The notes under the pieces were generated by a model that saw only the letters and a program-made list of their open reading frames with translations, made no database searches and was not told where the DNA came from. A DNA stretch of 64,000 nucleotides from Paracoccaceae bacterium (GTDB lineage: Bacteria; Pseudomonadota; Alphaproteobacteria; Rhodobacterales; Rhodobacteraceae). Every line of letters begins with the position of its first letter. Within the stretch, counting starts at the first letter, position 1. Shown here piece after piece: positions 10,102-18,423 of this stretch. The stretch covers positions 3,496,167-3,560,166 of the forward strand of contig OZ244249.1 of NCBI GenBank assembly GCA_965217135.1, read 5' to 3'. A program made the position numbers and the translations under genes.

Positions 10102-10940
10102 TCAGCCACCAATTGCGCGCCGTAGGTATAGCTGTGCCGCTTCAACCATCGACGGTAGGCGACCGATGTGAGGTCGGCGCGCGTTGGGGTTTCCATCGCT
10201 GGATCCAAAGGGAGTTTTTTCGGGATTTGATTTTCCAAAATGGACCGATCCTGCAGAAAGATCAGCTGCTGGAAGTGGATCAGGTCGGTCATTGAGCTTT
10301 CATCATCAAACAGCGCCATCCATGGCCAAACATCGCACAGGTCTTCGGCGAGGGGCTGCACGAAAAGCGCAATGACGTCCCATTCACCCGGACGCGGGGG
10401 GCAGGTTTTATAGAGGACAGAGCATGTGGGCGCGGGAACGCGGTACATGTATTCCGTGGTGATCCCACCGCCCGCCGATTTAGCGGCTTGGGGCTGAAAG
10501 AACTCAACCTTGGTGGCCCAGACTTCATCAACCTCATCGCGGATCTCAACCTTGTAGTCGCGAACCTCTGGATGGGTTTCAGCACCCAAAATGTCCGTAT
10601 GCACAAAAGGAAAATGGGCGACATCGAGGAAGTTCTCGACCGCGCGCAGGGGGGAACATTTGACCCGGACGACACCGACATCGACCAAGGTCCTGTCCGG
10701 ATGATCGGCTTCGGGGATTGTGAAAAGGTCTTTGTCGGGCGCGCCCAGGCTGGTCCAAAGGTGACCAAACCGCTGCACTACGGGCAGAATGTGCCCACAG
10801 CTTTCGACCCTTGGTGTGCCATCATCTGATCCGAAGACTGTGATCTTTTCACCCAGCAGCAGGCTGTCCTCTCCATCGACGCTAAGGCCGGACAGAAGTC
10901 CGACAGGGTACCATGCGTTGCGCACTGCATCTGTTGTCAT
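10098..10940 (-). CDS. Rieske-type oxygenase catalytic (alpha) subunit with a degenerate Rieske domain
   Basis: Intact mononuclear-iron motif E-x3-D-x2-H-x4-H ('ENFLDVAHFPFVH'). The N-terminal about 100 aa keeps only 'CGH'. The second C-x-x-H is replaced by 'QRFGHLW', so a full set of 2Fe-2S ligands is absent. Confidence 0.75.
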   Translation of the reverse strand: MTTDAVRNAWYPVGLLSGLSVDGEDSLLLGEKITVFGSDDGTPRVESCGHILPVVQRFGHLWTSLGAPDKDLFTIPEADHPDRTLVDVGVVRVKCSPLRAVENFLDVAHFPFVHTDILGAETHPEVRDYKVEIRDEVDEVWATKVEFFQPQAAKSAGGGITTEYMYRVPAPTCSVLYKTCPPRPGEWDVIALFVQPLAEDLCDVWPWMALFDDESSMTDLIHFQQLIFLQDRSILENQIPKKLPLDPAMETPTRADLTSVAYRRWLKRHSYTYGAQLVAE

Positions 10941-11635
10941 GCGGCGTCCCCAATTCCCTCAGCGGTGCGGCGCAAAGCTTCTAGAGCGGTGGAGACTTTC
11001 ACCCGATCCTGCGCACTGGTCGCGGTTGGCAGCAAAGCAATTACAAGCGCTTCATCCGGCCCATGAACATTCGTGAGCAAAATGGTACCCTGACCGCCAA
11101 GCTGTGCTGTGATCACGCCCTCAACTGTCTCGCTCTGACAGGCGGATGAAATCGCTTCGACGGATGCGCCAATCAAAAGGCTACGCAAAGCGTTGTATCC
11201 TGCGAACTGGACGGGCGGATCAACCGGTGACGCCGCAGCACCCCAGACAACACCATTTACTTCTGTCACTGACACTGGGCCGCAATTGATGGTTTTGGGT
11301 GGCTCGACTGCCGGGTGAGCAGGGATCTTTTGGCAGACACCATCGGTTCCGAAACGCCAGCCATGATAGATACAAGATAGCGTCTCACCGCGCACAAATC
11401 CATGCGACAGGCGCATTCCGCGATGCGGGCAGCGATCCCCGTTCGCGTAAAGATGACCTGAAGCGGCCCGCCAAACAGCGATCGGGCCTTTTGGCAGCTG
11501 CGATGGCACGACGGTCCCGTTTAAAATGTCGGCTGACACAGCGATTGGTACCCATCGCGCATCGGTATCGGCAGCCATAACCTTGTATTTCCCATCCCCT
11601 GCCAGATTGCCCGGCGTCGCGTACGGACTATGCAC
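10937..11635 (-). CDS. Stand-alone Rieske [2Fe-2S] domain protein with a C-terminal extension of unknown function
   Basis: Canonical ligands 'CPHRGMRLSHGFVRGETLSCIYHGWRF'. The roughly 110-aa C-terminal part has no motif I recognise. The start is GTG 11635 or ATG 11578. The stop overlaps the oxygenase start. Confidence 0.75.
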   Translation of the reverse strand: MHSPYATPGNLAGDGKYKVMAADTDARWVPIAVSADILNGTVVPSQLPKGPIAVWRAASGHLYANGDRCPHRGMRLSHGFVRGETLSCIYHGWRFGTDGVCQKIPAHPAVEPPKTINCGPVSVTEVNGVVWGAAASPVDPPVQFAGYNALRSLLIGASVEAISSACQSETVEGVITAQLGGQGTILLTNVHGPDEALVIALLPTATSAQDRVKVSTALEALRRTAEGIGDAA

Positions 11636-11794
11636 GCCTTCGTCTTACGTCTTAGGTTCGAGCCCGAGCAAAGCAGACCCGCCTATATTTTGGCTGTACA
11701 GTCCTGCAGGGCCTGAACGGCCCATTTCCCCCACGGATTCGCAAAACCAAGGCCAAGCTATGCTGAGCTTTTCATCATCGCGCCAAAAAAACAA

Positions 11795-12022
11795 TCAGTC
11801 ATCAGATGTGGCAGGCCCGCGGGTGATCGATTCAACCCATACATCGTACGGCCCAAGGAGGCAGCCAACCTCAAACGCGTCGATCAGATCGGCTTGTCCA
11901 TCAACCTTGAAAACAGCCTTGCTTGCGTCTGCGTGAAGTGTTTCGCATCTCAGTCCAAGCTTGCGACTATGGCGTTCAACCCAGGGCAGGAAGTTCGGGC
12001 TTTGCAACTCTCCTCGGAGCAT
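11795..12022 (-). CDS. Hypothetical small protein, possibly acylphosphatase-like fold
   Basis: Only the distal 76 codons of the 164-aa ORF look protein-like: 'MLRGELQSPNFLPWVERHSRKLGLRCETLHADASKAVFKVDGQADLIDAFEVGCLLGPYDVWVESI'. It lies in a lower-GC, gene-poor gap. Confidence 0.3.
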   Translation of the reverse strand: MLRGELQSPNFLPWVERHSRKLGLRCETLHADASKAVFKVDGQADLIDAFEVGCLLGPYDVWVESITRGPATSDD

Positions 12023-12539
12023 GAACTTTTGCGGCTGGTTTGAAGAGGGGATGTTGGACACGAGATCACTTTGCGGCCGAATTGCTACCGGAAACAGTAA
12101 AAGCATTGCGCGCGAATGAAAGATGAAAACCGCCCTCTGGTCCGACCGTAAAGCGCGAAAAGTAAACTCTAGGCGCATAGTCTGGACGGCGGGTTTGTAC
12201 GCATACCTTCTGGTTTGTTTTGGACTGTTCAGCAAGTTACACGAATAGCCGGTCCGGTAAATTGATGCCCAAATGAGAATGCTGATCACAAAGTTTCTTT
12301 AACCCGGCAACCCGGCCGCGGTCAGCCACGAATGTATCGTCCAATCCATGCCCATATATGAGACGCGAACGGCTTGGGCGGGATATGGAGCACCACCATT
12401 GCGGCCGTTGCCAGGGCGACCACTGAACCAATCTTCCTGAAACCCTTGATCAGCCTTACCTTAGTGGTCCAGTTTGAATGTTAGTGCGTGATCAGCCTAG
12501 GGTCTTTCTGAACGCTGGTTTCCGGCGCCGGTGGGCGGT

Positions 12540-12720
12540 GCGCTCCGCCTCGGGCTCAAACCAATGGCGCTGCTATGTCAGGATCCTCCAGCGTTAAAAT
12601 GTCTGCTTGGTCGAACCAATCTGCCGGATGGCATCCATGCGTGGCATAGCTGGCCCCGCTAGAATATAAGCCTGTCGCGCAAGCACATCATCTTTGCTCG
12701 TCTGAAATGGTACGAGGCAT
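12540..12720 (-). pseudogene. Possible relic of an HTH (IS630/Tc1-like transposase N-terminus) gene
   Basis: Minus-strand translation gives 'MPRTISDEQR*'. One frame over it gives 'DDVLARQAYILAGPAMPRMDAIRQIGSTKQTF*RWRIL'. This is an HTH-like pattern broken by a frameshift and stops, and no intact ORF remains. Confidence 0.2.
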
Positions 12721-12725
12721 CGCTC

Positions 12726-13415
12726 TCAGCTTGGGAACACGTCGTGCAGAGACGTCGGAGCCGTAGGACGGTCGGACAGGTCCAGTTGCGTCAGCAGGTC
12801 CAGCAAATGATCTTTCATCAGGTCCTCCGCTCGGTCGGCATCCTGCGCTCGCAGCGCCTCGATCAGTTCGTGATGCGCGTTGCTTTCACACAGTGCGGTG
12901 CGACGACGCCAATAAAGTGCGATTACCAGCGATGAACGGGAAATCAGCTGGTGCAGGAAATCTTCAATGATCTTCTGATCGGCGATGCGGGCGATTTCCA
13001 AGTGGAATTCCCCAGACAGCTTCAAAGCAAGCCCCGCCTCGCCCCGGTCCAGTGCTTCGTGTTCCAGCGCAATGTGCCGTTCCAGCACCTTCATGTCTCG
13101 CGCCGTTGCCGCTTCGGCCGCCGCGCGTGCTGTTTGCGGTTCCAGCAGTACCCGGGTCTGAAACACCTCGCGAGCTTCGCGTAGCGTGGGCCGCGCCACA
13201 AAAGCTCCACGGTTGCGTTCGATTGTAACCAATCCGTCATGCGCCATGCTGCGCAACGCCTGCCGGACAAGCGTCCGGCTAACACCAAAGATGTCGCCGA
13301 CCTCATCTTCGCGCAGCCGCGTTCCAGGCTGGATACGGTGTTCGTGGACCGCTTCGGTCAACTGGTTAACAATATCTTCAACAGTATTTACGGGCGTGGA
13401 CACAATATTTGGCAT
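12726..13415 (-). CDS. GntR family transcriptional regulator (FadR/FCD subfamily)
   Basis: wHTH 'RLREDEVGDIFGVSRTLVRQALRSMAHDGLVTIERNRGAFV' plus an FCD-type helical C-domain. ATG 13415 is preceded by AGGAG at good spacing. The longer ORF to 13592 is not supported. Confidence 0.85.
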   Translation of the reverse strand: MPNIVSTPVNTVEDIVNQLTEAVHEHRIQPGTRLREDEVGDIFGVSRTLVRQALRSMAHDGLVTIERNRGAFVARPTLREAREVFQTRVLLEPQTARAAAEAATARDMKVLERHIALEHEALDRGEAGLALKLSGEFHLEIARIADQKIIEDFLHQLISRSSLVIALYWRRRTALCESNAHHELIEALRAQDADRAEDLMKDHLLDLLTQLDLSDRPTAPTSLHDVFPS

Positions 13416-13486
13416 CACTAATCTCCTGATTCCGACCGTGCCGTTGCGCGGCATATGGCTCAAGGTTGGATGCGAAGCAATTTCAT

Positions 13487-13498
13487 ATCGTATACAAT
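13487..13498. promoter_or_regulatory. Candidate GntR-type operator (ATCGTATACAAT)
   Basis: Near-palindrome centred on GTATAC, which fits the generic GntR GT-Nx-AC half-site logic. It lies in the AT-rich divergent region between the GntR gene and the ABC operon. A TTGACG -35-like hexamer is at 13558-13563. Confidence 0.25.
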
Positions 13499-13634
13499 AT
13501 TTGCTTATTTTTCGAACAAAATTTGCTAACATTGCATATTTTTCACGCCCCAACCCCTTGACGCAGAGCAATGATGCGAAAAATCTTGGCACATGATCCC
13601 GTCTGTCTCAGGCTGGTGTCGCCGGAGAAAAGAC

Positions 13635-14618
13635 ATGAAAAATAAGCTAGACCTCGAACTCGTCAGCCTGACAAAACGCTATGGCCAGACCTTGGCCGTA
13701 GACGAAATCAGTTATCATTTTGGCGTGGGAACCTATGCCTGCCTACTCGGGCCGTCGGGCTGCGGCAAGTCTTCCACCCTGCGGATGATCGCAGGGCACG
13801 AATCGGTGTCGTCTGGCGCGGTCACACTGGGCGGGCGAGACATCTCCAACCTACCCCCGGCCAAACGCGGCACAGCCATGATGTTCCAGAACTACGCGCT
13901 GTTCCCACACCTGACCGTGATCGACAATGTCGCCTTCAGCCTGAAGATGCGCGGCGTCGCGGCCGAGGAACGGCGCAAGCGTGCCATGTCGATGCTGGAC
14001 CTGGTTGATATGGCTGCTTTGTCCGACCGCCTGCCAGCGCAATTGTCCGGCGGCCAGCAACAGCGCGCTGCGCTGGCGCGCGCCCTGATCACCGAACCGG
14101 ATGTCCTTTTGCTGGACGAACCACTGTCGGCATTGGACCCGTTCCTGCGCATCCGCATGAGGGCGGAATTGAAAAAGCTGCAACGCGAACTGGGCATCAC
14201 GTTCATACACGTCACCCATGGGCAGGAAGAAGCGCTGGCACTTGCAGACGAAATCGTGGTCATGAACAACGCAATCATCGAACAGGCCGGGCGCACACGT
14301 GACGTGTTCGAAGCCCCCAAGACCGCCTTTGTGGCGCTCTTTCTGGGCTCGCACAATGTGGTGTCGATGCCCGAAGGCAAAGTCGCGATTCGGACCGATG
14401 CCATCCGACTGACAAAACCAGAGGCGGCCAAGCTGCCTGGAACGATCACCAATATCGAATACCAGGGCACACATGTGGCGTTGACGGCTGCGATCCCGGG
14501 AAACCAGGACGTGACCGCGCTGCTGCCCGACAAGGATTTCTTCGGGAACCCGAAGGATGTGGGAGAGGCTATCGGCCTCGACTGGAAAGCCGAGGCGGCC
14601 CACGCCCTGGCAAGCTAA
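13635..14618 (+). CDS. ABC transporter ATP-binding protein (PotA/FbpC type)
   Basis: Walker A 'GPSGCGKSS', 'LSGGQQQRAALARAL', 'LLLDEPLSALD' and 'VTHGQEEA', plus a TOBE-like tail. ATG 13635 is preceded by GGAGAAAAG. Confidence 0.9.
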   Translation: MKNKLDLELVSLTKRYGQTLAVDEISYHFGVGTYACLLGPSGCGKSSTLRMIAGHESVSSGAVTLGGRDISNLPPAKRGTAMMFQNYALFPHLTVIDNVAFSLKMRGVAAEERRKRAMSMLDLVDMAALSDRLPAQLSGGQQQRAALARALITEPDVLLLDEPLSALDPFLRIRMRAELKKLQRELGITFIHVTHGQEEALALADEIVVMNNAIIEQAGRTRDVFEAPKTAFVALFLGSHNVVSMPEGKVAIRTDAIRLTKPEAAKLPGTITNIEYQGTHVALTAAIPGNQDVTALLPDKDFFGNPKDVGEAIGLDWKAEAAHALAS

Positions 14619-14644
14619 GAAAAGTTCAAAACGAGGAAACTGCC

Positions 14645-15919
14645 ATGACGACAATTTCAAAAATACGCTATTCGCGTCGGTCCATGCTGAAAGCAGGTGG
14701 CGCGGCGGTGGCGGCCGCCGCGCTTCCGGCTCCAATGGTATGGGGACAAGAGACGAAAAACATCACCTTGCGCCAGTTTGGCACCGGGGTGTCCAACCTC
14801 AACGAGGTTGCGATGAAAGTCAAAGAGGATTTGGGCTTCACCCTGGAAATGACTGCACTGGATTCCGACAGCGTGACCCAGCGCGCGGCGACCCAGCCGG
14901 ACAGCTTTGACATTGCCGATATCGAATACTGGATCTGCAAGAAAGTCTGGCCAACCGGCAACCTGCAGGCGATGGACACCTCCAAGATTGCCAATTACGA
15001 CAAGATCGTTGGCACCTTCCGCTCGGGCAAACTGACACCTGAATCGGTCATTGCACAGGGTACCGCCCCGCACACAGTAGGCTTCACCAGCGGTCAGAAC
15101 GGCAAGGATTTCGTACAGGAAGAGTCCGGCTGGATGACCCTGATCCCCACGATCTACAACGCGGACACGCTGGGCATCCGCCCTGACCTGATCGGCCGTC
15201 CGATCAACAATTGGTCCGAACTGCTCAACCCCGAATTCAAGGGCAAGGCCTCGATCCTCGACATTTCGTCGATCGGCATCATGGACATGGCAATGGTCGT
15301 GGAATCCATGGGCGAATACAAATACCCTGACAAGGGCAACATGACCAAGGAAGAGATCGACCTGACGCTCGGTATCTTCACCGAGGCCAAGAAAGCCGGT
15401 CAGTTCCGCGCCTTCTGGAAGTCCTTCGACGAAAGCGTGAACCTGATGGCCTCGGGCGAGGTTGTGATCCAGTCCATGTGGTCGCCTGCCATCACCGCCG
15501 TTCGCAGCCAGGGCATTCCTTGCGTCTACCAGCCGCTGGAAGAAGGCTATCGGTCCTGGGGTGGCGGCATCGGCCTGTCGGCTTCGCTGTCCGGAATGGA
15601 GCTGGACGCGGCCTATGAATACATCAACTGGTATCTCTCCGGTTGGGTTGGCGGCTTCTTGATGCGCCAGGGCTACTATTCGGCTGTGCCGGAAACCTCC
15701 AAGAACTTCATGAGCGAAGACGAATGGGGCTTCTGGTTCGAAGGCAAACCGGCCCAGGGCGACATCGCCAACCCGTTCGGCAAGGTCATGGAAAAGGCCG
15801 GCGCAGTACGCGACGGCGGCTCCTTCTACGACCGGATGGGCGCCGTCGCCTGCTGGAACGCCGTTATGGACGAAAACCAGTACATGGTTCGCAAGTGGAA
15901 CGAATTTATCGCCGCTTGA
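14645..15919 (+). CDS. ABC transporter periplasmic substrate-binding protein (PotD/PotF-like family)
   Basis: Tat-type signal 'SRRSMLKAGGAAVAAAALPAPMVWG'. It is a 424-aa soluble protein positioned between the ATPase and permease genes. Confidence 0.8.
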   Translation: MTTISKIRYSRRSMLKAGGAAVAAAALPAPMVWGQETKNITLRQFGTGVSNLNEVAMKVKEDLGFTLEMTALDSDSVTQRAATQPDSFDIADIEYWICKKVWPTGNLQAMDTSKIANYDKIVGTFRSGKLTPESVIAQGTAPHTVGFTSGQNGKDFVQEESGWMTLIPTIYNADTLGIRPDLIGRPINNWSELLNPEFKGKASILDISSIGIMDMAMVVESMGEYKYPDKGNMTKEEIDLTLGIFTEAKKAGQFRAFWKSFDESVNLMASGEVVIQSMWSPAITAVRSQGIPCVYQPLEEGYRSWGGGIGLSASLSGMELDAAYEYINWYLSGWVGGFLMRQGYYSAVPETSKNFMSEDEWGFWFEGKPAQGDIANPFGKVMEKAGAVRDGGSFYDRMGAVACWNAVMDENQYMVRKWNEFIAA

Positions 15920-15978
15920 TCACAAACGGTCCGGGGGGCATCGCCCCCCGGATCCCCGATTGAATAAAAGGACCCGCC

Positions 15979-16830
15979 GTGCGCAAGACGTCGATCACCG
16001 GCTGGCTGCTGGCCTCACCGCTGTCTCTTATCCTGTTGGTGTTTTTGGCCGCCCCGATCGCGATGATCGTGGTGGTCAGTTTCTGGGGCGCGACCGAATG
16101 GGCGATCTACCCGGCGTTCGAGTTCGAAAATTACGAATTCCTTCTGACCTCGTCCGTCACATACCGGGTCTTTCTAAACACGTTCAAATATGCCGCGATC
16201 ACCTGGGCCTGTACCCTCGTAATCGGTTTTACTGTGGCCTATTACCTGGCCTTCCATATCCGGACGCTGACCTGGCAGATTGTCCTGTTCCTTCTGTGCA
16301 CTATCCCGTTCCTGACCTCCAACATCATTCGCATGATTTCCTGGATCCCGTTCCTGGGCCGCAATGGGCTGGCCAATTCCGCCCTGATCTCCTGGGGCGT
16401 CATCGATGAACCTGTGGAGTGGCTGTTATTCAGCGATTTCAGCGTAATCCTTGCCTTTGTCCACCTCTACACGCTGTTCATGGTCGTCCCGATCTTCAAC
16501 ACGATGATGCGAATCGACAAATCCCTGATCGAAGCCGCCGCTGATGCCGGGGCCTCGGGCTGGCAGACCCTGTGGCAGGTGATCGTGCCGCTGACGAAAC
16601 CCGGCATTATGATCGGCACGATCTTTGTGCTGGCGCTGGTGATGGGCGATTTCATCACCGTGCGGTTCATGTCAGGCAGTCAGTCGGCCAATGTTGGCCG
16701 GATGATCCAGAACGACATCGCGCTGCTGCAATACCCCTCGGCTTCGGCCACGGCGGTGATCCTGCTGGTCACCGTGCTTTTGCTGATCGGAACCCTGCTG
16801 CGGTTCGTCGACATCCGGAAGGAGTTGTGA
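15979..16830 (+). CDS. ABC transporter permease
   Basis: Multi-TM protein with EAA loop 'LIEAAADAGASGWQTLWQVIVPL'. Confidence 0.85.
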   Translation: MRKTSITGWLLASPLSLILLVFLAAPIAMIVVVSFWGATEWAIYPAFEFENYEFLLTSSVTYRVFLNTFKYAAITWACTLVIGFTVAYYLAFHIRTLTWQIVLFLLCTIPFLTSNIIRMISWIPFLGRNGLANSALISWGVIDEPVEWLLFSDFSVILAFVHLYTLFMVVPIFNTMMRIDKSLIEAAADAGASGWQTLWQVIVPLTKPGIMIGTIFVLALVMGDFITVRFMSGSQSANVGRMIQNDIALLQYPSASATAVILLVTVLLLIGTLLRFVDIRKEL

Positions 16831-17669
16831 TGGAACCGCGCCCCAGATCATTCTACGTCCTCAGCGTCTTTTTCATCCTGTTCCTGATCTTCTTGTACGG
16901 GCCCACGCTAACCATTGCAGTGCTGTCCTTTCAGGGACCGGGCGGCGGGCTGACCTTCCCCATGCGGGGGGTGTCGCTGCATTGGTTCCGGGACCTGTTC
17001 GAACAACAAGCCGTGGGTGATATCTGGGGGTCGTTTTCCCGATCCTTCATTCTGGGCCTGATGGTTATGGTCACCACAGTGGTGGTTTCAGTCATGGGCG
17101 GGCTGGCGTTTCGCCGGCGCTTTGCCGGGTCAACGGCACTGTTTTATCTGATCATCACCTCGCTGGTGATCCCGTCGATTCTCATTTCGCTGGGCGTTGG
17201 TCTCATCTGGTCGCAATCAGGCCTGCCGGTGCACTGGTCCACGTCCGGGTTTGGCGCACAACTGACATGGACGCTGCCCTTCGGCCTGCTGATCATGTTT
17301 GCGGTCTTCAACCGTTTCGATCCTTCCTACGAAGAAGCCGCCCGCGATCTGGGGGCCAGCCCATGGCAAGTAATCCGTCATGTTGTCCTGCCGATCATTG
17401 CGCCTTCATTGATCGGTGTTGCCCTGTTTGGGTTCACCCTCAGCTATGATGAATTCGCCCGCACATTGCTGACATCCGGCAGCTACAACACACTGCCGCT
17501 GGAAATCTTTGGGATGACAACCAACGTCACGACCCCGGTGCTGTTCGCGCTCGGAACGCTGACCACGGCCTTTTCGCTGGTCATCATCGGGGTTTTTCTG
17601 CTGATCGTATGGGTCACCAACCGCCGTCGGGCCAAGCTGGGGTCGGATGCAGGCCAAGGAATGGTCTGA
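16830..17669 (+). CDS. ABC transporter permease
   Basis: Starts at 'MEPRPRSFYVLSVFF' with a TGATG overlap to the upstream stop. EAA loop is 'YEEAARDLGASPWQVIRHVVLP'. The ORF-track extension to 16572 is an out-of-context overlap. Confidence 0.85.
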   Translation: MEPRPRSFYVLSVFFILFLIFLYGPTLTIAVLSFQGPGGGLTFPMRGVSLHWFRDLFEQQAVGDIWGSFSRSFILGLMVMVTTVVVSVMGGLAFRRRFAGSTALFYLIITSLVIPSILISLGVGLIWSQSGLPVHWSTSGFGAQLTWTLPFGLLIMFAVFNRFDPSYEEAARDLGASPWQVIRHVVLPIIAPSLIGVALFGFTLSYDEFARTLLTSGSYNTLPLEIFGMTTNVTTPVLFALGTLTTAFSLVIIGVFLLIVWVTNRRRAKLGSDAGQGMV

Positions 17670-18319
17670 TGACAGCGGTCATCATCAACCCCAACTCCAC
17701 CAGTTCGATGACCGATGCGATGTTGGCTGTTGCCCGCCAAGCGGCCCCCGGAATGCAATTCGAAGGCTGGACCTCCTCCAAGGGCCCACCATCGATCCAG
17801 GGGCCAGCGGACGGGGTGGCAGCAACGCCACCTTTTCTGGACCTTGTGCGCAAGGCGGCAGACCAAGGCGCAGATGGTATTATCGTCGGCTGTTTCGACG
17901 ATACAGCGCTTGCCGAAGCTACCACCATTGCCCCCTGCCCCGTGATCGGACTGGGACAAGCTACGTATCACTACGCAGCCCTGCGCCAATGGCGCTTCAG
18001 TGTCGTCACGACCCTGTCGGTGTCCGTGCCGGTGCTGGAGGGGAATATCAAAAGCCTCGGGCTGGGGGGATACCTGGCGCGGGTTCGGGCATCAGAGGTG
18101 CCGGTTCTGGAATTGGAGGATGATCCCGCAAGTGCTGCGACGCATGTCACGGCAGAGGCCAAGCTGGCCTTGGCCGAGGATGACATATCTGCCGTGATCC
18201 TAGGCTGTGCCGGTATGGTACAGGTGGTGAATGCAGTTCGGTCCGCACTGACCATCCCGGTGATCGACCCGGTGGTCTGCGCCGCGCGAAGCCTGACCTG
18301 GCTGTCACAGGATCTTTAA
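17669..18319 (+). CDS. Asp/Glu/hydantoin racemase family protein
   Basis: 'MTAVIINPNSTSSMTDAM...GADGIIVGCFDDTAL...AVILGCAGM' shows the two Cys-containing motifs typical of this family. The start has a TGATG overlap with the permease gene. Confidence 0.7.
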   Translation: MTAVIINPNSTSSMTDAMLAVARQAAPGMQFEGWTSSKGPPSIQGPADGVAATPPFLDLVRKAADQGADGIIVGCFDDTALAEATTIAPCPVIGLGQATYHYAALRQWRFSVVTTLSVSVPVLEGNIKSLGLGGYLARVRASEVPVLELEDDPASAATHVTAEAKLALAEDDISAVILGCAGMVQVVNAVRSALTIPVIDPVVCAARSLTWLSQDL

Positions 18320-18423
18320 ACCATCCCATAAACAGAAATAGTTTACGCGACCCCCTAGCGTTTAACCTTTTGCTCAGGAATTCCCGCTTGAATGGACCCA
18401 ATATAGTTAATGGGTTCTGAACA

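Noticed and set aside
11640-11675. tRNA-like T-loop string (TAGGTTCGAGCCCGAG) as a tRNA gene or att-site fragment
   Set aside because: I could not fold a cloverleaf. The putative T-stem has a mismatch and a 6-nt loop, and there is no acceptor or anticodon arm. At most it is a degenerate fragment, and it is mentioned only within the gap finding.
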